A stretch of DNA of 55,368 nt, the filler included, from Catajapyx aquilonaris (lineage: Eukaryota): assembly GCA_000934665.2 (NCBI GenBank). It is 4 parts of 4 records of this genome, joined end to end, with 100 filler letters (N's around TTAATTAATTAA, not from the genome) between each part and the next. Parts side by side here need not be neighbours in the genome. Positions count along the whole stretch, not along the records: positions 1 to 13,767 come from JYFJ02007994.1; 3 more parts are not named here. One strand, written 5' to 3'. Position numbers and translations under genes: made by a program. The notes below the pieces were generated by a model. It had not been told where the DNA came from. It searched no databases and worked only from the letters and a program-made list of their open reading frames with translations. This document shows positions 1 to 10,796 of this stretch, piece after piece. Positions within the stretch are counted from its first letter, which is position 1. Each line of letters starts with the position of its first letter.

Positions 1-279
1 GACCGTTCCTTCCTCCAAGTTCCAGATTAAGGGGTACAATTTTCCATAATGGGTGGGATAGGGGGCCCCACCTCCACAGTATTCCTTCCTCCATGCTTAT
101 GGCCATCCCTCACAACACACGTTTAATACAATGTTCCCATGGTTTTCACCTTATTGTTATCCTAAAAGGAGACACAATTTTCAGTAGTGGACAATAATGC
201 TTTCCATGTCTGAAGTGACTGTGGGGGGGTGACGATATGTGTGTATCTATGAATTACTGTTCAGCATTATTTTTTCTAG

Positions 280-699
280 AATTTGAGGCGAAGGTGGTGG
301 TACACCTCCCATCATATCTGGGGGATGCAGTGGAAAGCATCTTTTTGTGTGGGCCCAATAGCATTTACCACATGTTCTTCTATCTTTCTTTTTCAGAGGC
401 CAACTGCGGAGATAATATCTTCAACATCAGCTCCCCTGATCCTGGTAGAGGGAGTGGAGCATGAAGACTTGAATGGCAGCACCCTCGTCACAGTAATTGC
501 AGAGGGCAACACTATCTTTAAGGATTGCAATATAGTGACGGGGGTAGCTGCCTTTTTAGCAATGCACACTGTCTTCGGTCTGAAATTCTACAAGCCTCTC
601 AATACCATCGGGGCGTGGGAGCAGTTATTTGGCCTGCACTGCTCCATTAAGTCGAGAAAGAGGAAAATGGTGGCTCTCATTAAGGCCTTACGGGCATAA
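280..699 (+). pseudogene. C-terminal exons of a SAMD3-like accessory protein typical of animal EnSpm/CACTA elements
   Basis: Acceptor tttctag then EFEAKVVVHLPSYLGDAVESIF. Second acceptor ttttcag (~395) then PLILVEG..VIAEGNTIF..GVAAFLAMHTVFGLKF..EQLFGL..KMVALIKAL*. The motif pattern resembles SAMD3-like TE proteins, and an EnSpm transposase follows immediately. Confidence 0.55.
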
Positions 700-939
700 T
701 TTTGCAGTTTGAAAAATTTTACGTTTTCATGTGCAACTTCACATATGTCAAAAAATTGTCGAAAATGACCACCACCTCATAGTTACAAATTACAATCCAT
801 GTGATCTTAATGGTTCAATAGCAATGCAAAAGGACAGTTTTATGGGGAAGGGAAATAATTCTAGACAAAAAGAGAAAATGCACTTTAAGCAAGAACTGAT
901 CCACATAATTGAACCTTTTGTTACATGTACATTAATATA

Positions 940-2231
940 CATATTAATGCACCAGCCCAGGCATACATCAAATGTGTGAAACACAACTCTGGTAATCTTC
1001 CTGCAACAAGTGCATGGAGTATGGAGAGTACATAAAAGGACTTGTTGTATTACCTAGCTTGAGTGCACGAGTTAGAACTGATGATGAATTTATGAGGCAA
1101 ACTAATGAAGACCATCATTGTGGGATATCACCATTATCTCGGTTAGGCATGGGAATGGTCACAGACTTCGCAATCGATTACATGCATTGCATATGTTTAG
1201 GTGTTATGAGAAAGCTCTTAAACTTATGGATAAGTGGAGACATTGTGTATCAAATAAGACTTCCTTCTCACAAAGTGCAGCTATTATCTGAAGAACTCAT
1301 ACATTTTAAGAATCACATTCCCATTGAATTTAATCGCAAGCCACGTTCTATTAGTGACTTACCGAGGTGGAAAGCCACAGAATTTCGAATGTTCTTACTG
1401 TACACTGGACCTGTAGTGTTGCAAAACATAGTAGACATTGCAGTGTATGAACATTTTCTCCTCCTCCACTACAGCGTGACCTTATTAATGTCAGCAAGGG
1501 TATCAAGAGATGAGTGTCAGAGGGCTGATAAATATTTGAAAGCGTTTGTAATCCATTCAGAAAAGCTCTACGGTAGGGAGTGTCTGACGTACAATATGCA
1601 CGTATTAAGCAACCTTAGTCAAGATTGTATGAGGTTTGGCTCCGTCAACAATTTCTCTGCATTCCCCTTTGAAAACTACCTGAGAAAACTTAAGAAAATG
1701 GTGAAATCGCCAACTGACCCTCTACAGCAGGCTCGGGCAAAGATATGCCTTCAGAGGAATTTAGTGGAAAATAAGCCATGTCATGTGGATCAGAAGAAAA
1801 TAAGGTATCGGTTATGTATTGAGCATCATTCAGGGAAGAGGCCACATAATTACAGTGCTGCTGATCATGGAAAGGAATTTAAAAAGTTGAAAGATTTGAA
1901 GAAGAAATGTGAAATTAGTATATGTACCTACAGATTTGCCGATTCAGCCTGTATACTGAAAGATCATCGCACTGTAGTGCTGGTGCAGAACATCATTCTG
2001 TACAACAATGATGACATACCTCGCATTGTTTGCAGGAAGTTCAATACTCAACGTGACTTGTATTGTTACCCTTGTGCTTCTTCCAAAGTAGATATTTACG
2101 TTGTCAGTGACCTGTCAGAACGTCTGACAATTGTCAAAGCAAGTGACATGTCGAAATGTATTCTTATGCCACTGGAATCCAGAAATGACCATATTTATGC
2201 TGCAATACCTCCTGTGCACAGCACAGTGTAG
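940..2231 (+). mobile_element. EnSpm/CACTA (CMC) transposase, 5'-truncated and frameshifted
   Basis: 405-aa ORF 1014-2231 with RTDDEF, SPL, DYMHCICLGVMRKLL, PIEFNRKPRS, RWKATEFRMFLLYTGPVVL, YNMH and FSAFPFENYL..LKK motifs. Upstream NAPAQAYIKCVK..CNKC (the DAPAR..CxxC motif) is broken by a frameshift near 997. Confidence 0.9.
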
Positions 2232-2531
2232 TCTGATGTGGAAGGGGTATATATTCTGTATTATATGTCTCCCCCTGAAATTTAGGAGCAGCTATAGTGT
2301 GTAGGCTATATATTTACTTGTTCACATTTATATGGCAATCACACACACACCTTATTACACACACGCACTTAACAGGACACATCCAATTGTTATACAATCA
2401 TGTTTTTATTCACAGCAGTTTCTTGTAACTACGTATAATATGTGTAACATGTATGGAAATAAATATAGTGCTCTATAATTAATGCCGATATAATTATTAT
2501 GCTGAAATGCGAAAGCAGTCATTTTCACTAT

Positions 2532-2767
2532 TGTAGTGTCCCACGTCCCACGTCAGGAACACCACGATGAATGAAAGGCACCGGACAGCTTTAAGATGTA
2601 TATTCTTCACACATGTACAGATAAACGTCTGATCTCTCGAACAGTCACTCAACGACTCCCCGTTCCAAACAGTCCCACATATATCAACACTGCTCCCTTA
2701 ACAACGGTTTCCAGAACAATCCTCCTGACAACAATGCAGTACTGTTGCCAGGACTCGAACCACTACA
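2532..2767 (-). mobile_element. Solo LTR (236 bp)
   Basis: Termini TGTAGTG...CACTACA form a perfect 7-bp inverted repeat. Flanks ctat/ctaa are an imperfect 4-bp TSD. A TATA-like motif on the - strand suggests orientation (weak). Confidence 0.55.
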
Positions 2768-2777
2768 CTAAATAAAA

Positions 2778-2931
2778 GGCCGGTTCACAAAAATAAGGTT
2801 TTCTGGTAGCGCCAAGCGGCGGCTTACCGATCATCGTGGCAATATAATCCGCTGCATATTTAAAAAATTGTGTCGCGGTCAGGCTTTCCACCCGGCATTT
2901 GACGCGGCGCAATACCTTTTTGTGAACCAGC
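2778..2931. mobile_element. Small MITE (PIF/Harbinger-like ends)
   Basis: Terminal inverted repeat gccggttcacaaaaa / tttttgtgaaccagc; non-coding. Confidence 0.5.
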
Positions 2932-3014
2932 AATAATAACTAAAATGCCACATATATAATCAATACGTTATGAATGGAAGTCGTCAATTGCTGATGTCTA
3001 ATTTCCCTCCATGA

Positions 3015-3137
3015 AGGACGTCGTAATGACGTCTTTTTTGTGTCATAATGACCAAAAAAGACGTCATCCCTCTAGTCGATATGACGAATTTCACGTCCAA
3101 ATAAAGACGTCATACTGACGACACCTTGTCGCCTGGG
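3015..3137 (+). mobile_element. Right terminus of an EnSpm-type element with GACGTC subterminal repeats
   Basis: Multiple gacgtc/atgacg motifs in both orientations, ending in ..cctggg (reverse complement of a CCCAG terminus); lies downstream of the transposase. Confidence 0.55.
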
Positions 3138-3142
3138 GATAT

Positions 3143-5057
3143 TGTAACGTGCAAGCAAGCAAGGTCACCACGGAATACGGCAGCATCCCCGAGAAATCAC
3201 CTAAATTACCTTCCAACTTTGACTTCCTACAACAACAGACTCTCACCCCAAACAACAATAACACCTCCTACAAACACATCTTTCCCTCACCTTGGGAAGT
3301 CAAATAAAAGGAGGCTGCTACCAAGCAACAGGAGCAATAGAGCCTGATCACTCAATTCGGCTACAGTTCCGGTGTGGGACGCGGACGGGAGTACGAGTGA
3401 TACAGTGGTGACTCTGTGCAATACCAAGGAGATCAGCACTACCCAGCGGCGAGTCAGAGACGGCCCCTGCCCCGACCTAGGAAGTCAGCAAGGACCCGGC
3501 GGACACCGGGACAGCAATTAGGAAGACAGCGAGTACTGGGTGAGTGGAAGGCACGACTGCATCAAAAAGGGGGTTGTACCGTATGTCCGTATTGTTGCGC
3601 CGCCAGGTTCGCTGCCCGAGGCACCACGTATCTAGTGTAGGCCTACCCCTGTATTAATGCGCCCCTATATCACAATAAATTAGTTGAACAGAACCGAGCC
3701 TTACTGTCAGTTGTTGATAGCCTGTGCCCCCTTGACCTCCCGGGGTCCGGGTACCGCCCTATGTGCCCATCCCAACATTCCTCTCCCCCTCCCCCCCCCC
3801 CGGCCCTTCTCCAGGATCCACTTCCCCCATTGTCACGTCACAAAATTGGCGCAGCCGGTAGGATTAGTCCGGAATTGTCCGAATGGGAGGTTGCACCCAG
3901 CACACAGTGAATCCAGGGACCAAGCCGACGTCGCCGCTTCGCACAGCCGCAGTTCCAGACGAGGATGAAAGTGCTGTTTCGCCGACACACGAACTCGAGG
4001 GACCCGAAATTCTGGTGAGTAACTTCTGGTCCAAGAGAAGATCCTCGGCTGCAATCCGGGGCTGGACGCGGACGCCAACACCAAAGCAAGATGGGTGAGA
4101 AGACCGAGCCTTGGAACACCGGAACAGTTCTTGTGAGTTGCATGCAGGCAGCCGAATGTGCTTCCCAGGCTGTGACATGTTGCCTCGGATCAGCTATCAA
4201 GAAGACGCCCGAAAACAGTGGTGGGGCAATGACTAAAACAGTGCAAATGTGAAGTGCAGGGGAGTGCTGGAGTATGTAGGACGCACTGGAGATTCATGAG
4301 TGTAGTAGTAGTACTGGTGTTGTAATATGGTAGAAAATATTGTATCGTATGTAATTGCAAAGAGTCGTGAATGTCAGGAGTCCTGAGATGTATAACCCTA
4401 GGGCCCAACCCTTCTTGCCTCCTAAAAGGCTGTCAATGAAGCACCTACTACACCAAGTGTGATCAGTAAGGTTGCTGTGAGAAGTTATGATTTTTTTGAG
4501 AAAAAGTGTCACGAGAGAAATATGTGCGTGTGTCAATTATGAAGCGCCTGTTCACTACACCCAAGCGTGGTCAGTAATGTATGGTAGCTGAGAGAATTGA
4601 TGATTTTGCAAATGTGCCAACGAGAAAATGCGTAGGGGCACAGAGTGTTGAGAAATGTGAGGGAACGGGATGTTCCTGTAATTAGAGGCTCGCAGGGTAT
4701 TTAGAGATTTTTGGGGAAATGAGGAAATGACCCAAGAGTGTCAGTGTGATGTTTGAGCCTGTGAGAATTGGGAATTGGATGACGGAGATGTTATTGTATT
4801 ATGTAAGTTGATGAGCCAGTCGGGATGAATGTTATGGGGTTCAGGGGTTTGCCAAAGGTACTGAGAGAACTGCGACTTTGTAAGAAAGCAGAATTATAGT
4901 TTGCGGTGATTGTAAATGGTTCAAAATAGGGATTTGGTGCTGGGAAGAAATTGTGATTTTTGTCATATGCTTTAGGTATTAGTCAGGAAGGACATAGTAT
5001 CCCGTGATATAGGGATACTCGTCCTTTCCGTAAGGGACGAATGTAACGTGAAGGTCC
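3143..5057 (+). mobile_element. Non-autonomous Gypsy-type LTR element: 700-bp 5' LTR, PBS, non-coding interior, PPT and truncated 3' LTR
   Basis: LTR 3143-3842 (TGTAACGTG...CACGTCACA), PBS at 3847, purine tract aagggacgaa followed by a second TGTAACGTG at 5042. No gag/pol ORF lies between. Confidence 0.8.
3847..3865 (+). promoter_or_regulatory. Primer-binding site complementary to the tRNA-Ser 3' end
   Basis: TGGCGCAGCCGGTAGGATT begins after a 4-nt spacer past the LTR CA end. It is the reverse complement of a tRNA-Ser-type 3' end (..AATCCTACCGGCTGCG-CCA), the primer type used by insect 17.6/297-like Gypsy elements. Confidence 0.85.
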
Positions 5058-5067
5058 CTTTCACAGC

Positions 5068-5232
5068 TATCCCATGCTTTCAGTGCTAAGACTACAGTTC
5101 ATCGAACCCTTCCGCTTCATGGTGCACGAAGTCGGCTTCGGATTTGTGCACTTCTGGACTCCTGAACAGGTGGCAATATTCAACTCATTTCACAGCAAAG
5201 GAAATTCCAAGGTTTCCATTGACAGCAGCTGA
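5068..5232 (+). mobile_element. Internal fragment of a NOF-FB-like (MULE) transposase
   Basis: YPMLSVLRLQFIEPFRFMVHEVGFGFVHFWTPEQVAIFNSFHSKGNSKVSIDS resembles the IH.IG..PFFVHYW...Q......SIDATG block. Confidence 0.5.
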
Positions 5233-5467
5233 TATGCTAGCTGCCCTGACAGTGGCTCAAAGTGAGCATGAAGGTGTTTCTGCTGTTACTGGAGTCACCT
5301 TGCCGTCGGAGGAAAATCCATGAACACTAGCTGAAGTGAAGAATAAAAAGTATTTATGAAATATGTTTGACATTGCAGCATTATGTATGATTATATGTAT
5401 AATGTATAATGCCAATGTAATTTAAAATAATACACATGGTATAGTGTAATACAGTTCCAGTTCAGAC

Positions 5468-6128
5468 ATGGACGAGTACGCTTCTTCCTCCGTCTCCTTC
5501 TAGCATCCGTTCACAGCAATTGTTTCAGGACCTACCGGCAGTGGAAAATCCATTTTTGTTGAAAACCTACTTCGCGAAGGGGATCAGCTTTTCAATTTAA
5601 AATTTGTAAGTATAATATGGTGTTACGGGGAATGGCAACAGGGCTATGGTCACATGCAGAGTCAGCTTGGTGTAACATTTCACGAGGGGGTGGTCGATAC
5701 GAAAAGTTTCGACCGGTCAGCACCTATACTAATAATTCTGGACGACCTGATGCATGAAGCAGATGCATCGGTTGGAAAATTATTTACTAAGGGAAGTCAT
5801 CGTAGAAATCTGAGCGTCATCTTCATAACTCAAAATATATTTCACCAGGGAAAACATTTTAGGGACATGTCGCTGAACTCGCACTATCTAATATTGTTCA
5901 AAAATCCGCGCCATCAGTGGCAGATAGGATACCTTGCACGACAGCTCCCCCTGAAGACTCCAGTTTTTTCGTTCGGGCTTATGCGAGTGCGATAGTAAAC
6001 CTCATGGATATATGTTGATAGATCAAAAGCAAAATACCCCTGATAAGTTGCGCGTGCGCACATGCATTTTTACACACGAGCAGGAAAATGGAGGTGTCAT
6101 TATTTACGCATCCCCAAAGAGGGTATAA
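5468..6128 (+). pseudogene. Polinton/Maverick (adintovirus-like) A32-type genome-packaging ATPase, disrupted
   Basis: HPFTAIVSGPTGSGKS (Walker A), IIWCY, ILIILDDLM (Walker B), LFTKGSHRRNLSVIFITQN, SLNSHYLILFKNPR, and KPHGYMLID..QNTPDKLRVRT. In-frame TAG at 5501 and a frameshift near 5950. Confidence 0.9.
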
Positions 6129-6244
6129 AAAACTGTCGTGTTGTTTCAGAAATGTTAGTCGTGAGTTGGTATTTGTATTTAATAGATTGGTGTACTATTC
6201 TCTATCTGTCACATTCAGATGCCATTCCTACCTCCAAGTGGCCC

Positions 6245-6585
6245 ACTTACCTCGTGGAGGAAAATGCCGTTGAGCCGGAGGAAGGGGTTCAGATTGTCAA
6301 GTTGGTGCAGCGTGATCGCTTCAGAAGTAAGATATACTTTCGGGAAGACTCGGGTGATGAGCCTGAGGAAGAGATGAAGTAGTTGTTGGTGCAGCGTGCT
6401 GATCGCTTCAGAAGTAAAATTTACTTACGGGATGACTCTGATGACGAGCCGGAGGAAGATGTGAAGGTGGTGCAGTGCGATCACCTCAATAGTCTAATTT
6501 ACCCTGTGGAGTACGAAGCTGATGAGCCGGAGGAAGAGGTGCAGTATGAGACACCCGTGGTGAAGACTAGGAGCGGAAGAGTGGG
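6245..6585 (+). repeat. Imperfect ~72-81-bp tandem repeat (about 4 units) encoding an acidic peptide repeat
   Basis: Recurring gagccggaggaag and gtgcagcgtgatcgcttcagaagtaa. Translates as VQRDRFRSKIY.R.DS.DEPEEE repeats ending in KTRSGRV. Confidence 0.75.
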
Positions 6586-6744
6586 GTCCGCCCACGTCAG
6601 TTGTTAAATTTGTAAATAATGTTTTCGGTTTTTCATCTAGATAAATAAATCTAACCAAAAACGGACTCGTAAAAAAAACAACCGCCAAGTCCGTAGCCAC
6701 TCCGCCTAAAAAGTTGTGAGATCATGGGTGGACACCAAGCCTCT

Positions 6745-6873
6745 TTGTGAGACTATAGAATTATAGATTAAGTCAAGTTACTTGGCTCACGATTGGAGTC
6801 TATACACTTACAACTCGTAGACTTGGCGCATGGTTCGAGACTATAGACTAAGGTGAGCGACTTGGCTCACGGG
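6745..6873 (+). mobile_element. Second EnSpm-like right terminus with subterminal repeats
   Basis: Three copies of gagactataga/cttggctcac motifs ending in ..cttggctcacggg (CCC terminus in reverse complement). Confidence 0.4.
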
Positions 6874-6887
6874 GAATTATACCGGTA

Positions 6888-7006
6888 CAAGGTGTTTCAC
6901 AACTCGTGTGCACCAGTGGATCACTTTACATAGAGCAGGTGAAGCGATTCACTGGTGCCCAGGAGTTCACACTAGAAGTTTTGGACGCGAGTTGAGAAAC
7001 ACCCTG
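6888..7006. mobile_element. Tc1/mariner-type MITE
   Basis: ~25-bp imperfect TIR caaggtgtttcacaactcg / cgagttgagaaacaccctg, flanked by TA on both sides. Confidence 0.75.
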
Positions 7007-7104
7007 TATGGTTTGAAGGGGGAATTTGTTACTACATGAGTATACTGTAATTAAGGAATTGCGGTCTGGATATTACAGCAGTAAAGGAGTCGCATACCTT
7101 CTGC

Positions 7105-7580
7105 AGGTGAAGGGAGTAACTTACATACCAAAGATCTGATGAAGATATCACTCGGCACATGCCATGGAATGCGATATTTGGAAGTCAAGAAGGTAATCCA
7201 TGGACATCTGTCAGCAATGAGGGTCATGATGGACGACAATTTAATTCCCAAGATCACTGTCTTTGGCCTCTTACAAGCAGTGGATGTGAGTTTTTTATTG
7301 AAACTTCAGTGTTGCAAAGTCATGCAGTGATAAAGTAACTGAAATGTTTTAAATTTTGTACATCTTTCCATAGACCGACGTTCATGAATTTATAAATAAA
7401 TTGTGATGAGAATATATTTATTAGTTCTGTAATTTTCAGCTGGACAAAATGTACCGACTAAGGTATGGCTATCCCATACAATTCCTGTGGTCAGCTCCGG
7501 AAGTGATTGAGTTTAAAATATTTTCTACGGAGTCAGATGTGTGGTCATTTGGAGTTCTGTTGTATGAGACCATAAAGTAC
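7105..7580 (+). pseudogene. Protein tyrosine-kinase-like fragment (subdomains V-IX), two exons, catalytic motifs altered
   Basis: DLMKISLGTCHGMRYLEVKKVIHGHLSAMRVMMDDNLIPKITVFGL, then a GT-AG intron 7286-7439 (phase 0, frame preserved), then WSAPEVIEFKIFSTESDVWSFGVLLYE. Confidence 0.8.
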
Positions 7581-8138
7581 GACATGAAGCAACTGAGGAG
7601 GAACAGCAACTCCTGCAGCTGCAGCACCACGTCAGGCACTCCACGACCTGCAGATAACATGCTGGAAGAACCTGATAGCAAATTGCCAATTAATGATGAG
7701 CACGAGCTCCGTACAATGGAGGAGACAATTGCCACATCAAGCTCTCCAGAGTTTATAAAAATGGTTTGTATGCGGTGTTTCATAATTTGGGTACTAACAT
7801 GAGAGTACAACTACTACTAGGCCAATTTTGTGACAATAATGTCAGAAAGCTTATCGACTGTGTAATGAAAGCATAATAATTCTTCATATACTCGTTCTTA
7901 TATCATTGAATTTCTTAAACAATAAAATTGTTTTTCCAAAGTGCAGTGCAATTAGTAAAAATACATTGCAACCAGCAGAGAGAGTTTTTTTCTTCATACT
8001 TCAGTGAACTGGAATATTTACACACATCATATTTATAGATTTATTTTTGTATGCGGTATTTGATCATTTGGGTACTGGAGCCACTTGTTGCACTAGCCCC
8101 ATGAGATAAACTCGCTAGCAAATAATGATGACAGTGCA

Positions 8139-8725
8139 ATGGATACCAATGAAGAAAGTAGCCAAACAAGTTCAGCTGGTGATTTGCAAAATAAATGTGC
8201 CACTTATTTTGCAGAATTGTGTGCACAGAGTAGCGTAACAACAAAGCAGGTGTCGCAGTGTATTGCTGTGGCTACTGATTTGTGCAGTGAGACTGTGAGT
8301 AACTTGAAAAAAATCACTGTTGCCACCTTTCACGAATTCGGACTCTCTGTAGAAAATCATGTAAGCAATTTGTTGTCACAATTTGACACTATTGGTTCAA
8401 CATTGGAATCCATTCACTCCTCCACCAGTAGCAGTATGCAGCAAGTAGCATTTTTTAAACGCTTGGGAGTGTATGTTGAACCTAAAGAGATTATTCTTGG
8501 AAGTAGGTATGATTGTAAATACAACAAGTCTTCCATCCTGAAACAGGTGCCAGTGTAGGACACGTTTCATTATGTGCCTGTTTCACAAGTTTTAAAGAAG
8601 GTTCTAGAAGTTCCTGGCGTAATGGAAGAAGTAGACAGGTTCAGATCCAGAAACTCAAATCTTCTGAGTTCCATACATGATGGAAGTTACTATAAATCTC
8701 ATACAATGTTTGGAAGAAATGACCA
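8139..8725 (+). mobile_element. N-terminal part of a second, different EnSpm/CMC transposase
   Basis: VYVEPKEIILGSRYD..VPV*DTFHYVPVSQVLKKVL..LSSIHDGSYYKSHTMF. A single in-frame TAG at 8556. Confidence 0.7.
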
Positions 8726-9932
8726 CTTATATAGACATCAGCTCCAAGAGGTAACCCTAAAACTCCCCGCCCACCTCAGTTTTATTGTACCGTTACGTGA
8801 CGACACAATCTTTGCACATTACAAGTGGGCCAAACTCCATTCAGGGGCTACCCCCTACTCAACCAGGCTCTTTATAGAAATAGCCCTCCGGGATTCTAAC
8901 CAATACTTCCGGATTTACGGGACCCTCCCCTGGCCCTCCCCGATAAATGGCTCCGACATGGCTGTCGCCCTAAAACCAGAAAGCCCATACCTAGCCGTAT
9001 CCGAAGACAACCAGAACTACATGGAGCTTTCCCTTGACGACCTATCCCGCTGCCTAGAAGGCCCCATTCGGGTCTGTTACCCGACCCGACCCGTCACTTC
9101 CTTCACTCGACAGTCCTGTTCCTTTAATTCCCTCCTCCGCCGACCCATCCCGGACGACCTATGCACTAAGAAATTGGTCCGCCATACCCAGCCCCTTTTC
9201 CACCTAATCGATGACGCCGGGGCCTGGCTGTACAGCGCACCAGGACCGCTGTCCATGACCGTCAAGTGCCCTGGCCAGGATAAAGACTCACCCAGAAGTG
9301 CCGTCAGGGAGCTGCCAGTACAAGGTTCCGGGGTCCTACACCTTCCCCCGATGTGCACCGGATTCATCCCCGGCCTAACCCTGCCCCCTAGTGCAAAAGG
9401 GGCCAGTGACGTTAAGCTCCAGGCGATCCCAGCCACCCAGCCGGCGCTACCCGAAGACCTGCCACCGATGCTAACCAACGAGGAGAACGAGTTCATCAAG
9501 AAGGTGCAAACCAACGACAAACGTTTCCAACACATCTCGGCGCTCTTACGGTCACAAGAGTTCTCTCCCACCAAGGACGTGGGGATTCCACTCAAGGAGC
9601 TGCAAGATACGGTGCGGCGTACCGAACGAGAGTGGGAACTGGATGATCAACGGTCAGGGAACCTGCATCCTGCCTGGACCTACGGACCACCCTACTTCCT
9701 GATCCTGGCCGGTATAGCAACAGTAGGAGGATTTGCAATACGGAGGCGCTGCCGGAAAAACAAGAGCGGGATGACCAGAGGATTCTGGAGCAGATCTATT
9801 GCTAAGGACGGACCGACCAGTGAATATGTGTCCGTCAGTCACAGTGAGTCCTCCCCGCCCCAATATCCCACCCTCCAAACCGAACCAAGTGCACCACGCA
9901 ACCCCGGGGCACTGACATTCGTGGTGGACTAG
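8726..9932 (+). mobile_element. Envelope gene fragment (baculovirus F / errantivirus env-like), C-terminal half with TM helix
   Basis: Cys-rich ectodomain (PYLAVSEDNQNYMELS..DLSRC..VC..SC..C..WLYS..VKC..GSGVLHLPPMC), TM segment PYFLILAGIATVGGFAI, basic stop-transfer RRRCRK and a cytoplasmic tail. The sequence becomes abruptly C-rich at the junction. Confidence 0.8.
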
Positions 9933-10233
9933 TGCAAAGTGGATTTTTTTTTGTGGGTGCGGGATTCTTCTTCTTGGGTTTTGTAGTGGGTGGTGGGTTC
10001 TTAAGGGTTGATGGTTATTGGTTTGTTTCTTTTTCAGGATTCGTTCCTTGTATGTTAATCACGGGTTACATGAGTTATTTACCTTCATGGGTTACGGTTC
10101 TAAACACTTGTATCATTGTAACGGTGATCCCACCACGTTCCAATAAAACCACACTTCCCTTGATGATGTTGAGCCCACAAAAGCTGCGGCTTGTGTCCCC
10201 GCCACAACCTAATGTAATTTGTGCTTTCCACAG

Positions 10234-10772
10234 AGTTCCAGAAAGTTGTGCTGAGGAACCAGATGCAGCTGACCATTGGTCAGAGGCAACTGCTGGCAGT
10301 GCAAAAATCTATGCAAGACACCGTACACCTCATACTGCAGAACATGGTGTCCACAGGTCCAGATAATGCAGATAATGAAGACCGAAATATTGTCCAAAAC
10401 TTTCCTCTTGGAAGTGAAGAGGCACTGCGGGAGTTAGAAGAGAAGATTCTGGATGACAACGCCAGAAGCAGTGTCCTGTCATCACTCCGAAGATTGGGAG
10501 GGTCCAGCGTCAAGGAGGTGGTGAAGGCCCTCCTGAAATTTGTGATGACCGACAATTTGGGAGCAATGTACAGCTGGGAGGGGAGAAGTGGCAAAAAATC
10601 ATTCTCCAATTTAGGATTGTGCACGATTATGTACGACGCAGTGCGGGGAAATCCCCATACAAAGGAAGCCACCAACAAGGAAGTCGAGTTAGAGGTCAAA
10701 AACTGGCTGCGACATGCACCTGCCAGGGCAGGAGAAAAGAAAAATAAGGATAACTTATCAGGGCCGGTTTAA
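10234..10772 (+). CDS. DUF4806-like exon (EnSpm accessory protein)
   Basis: Acceptor tttccacag then FPLGSEEALRELEEKI..LRRLGGSSVKE..VMTDNLGAMYSWEGRSGKKSF..KNWLRHAPAR, the typical DUF4806 pattern; open to the stop. Confidence 0.75.
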
Positions 10773-10796
10773 GGATCCGCGGGGCCCGTAGCACTA

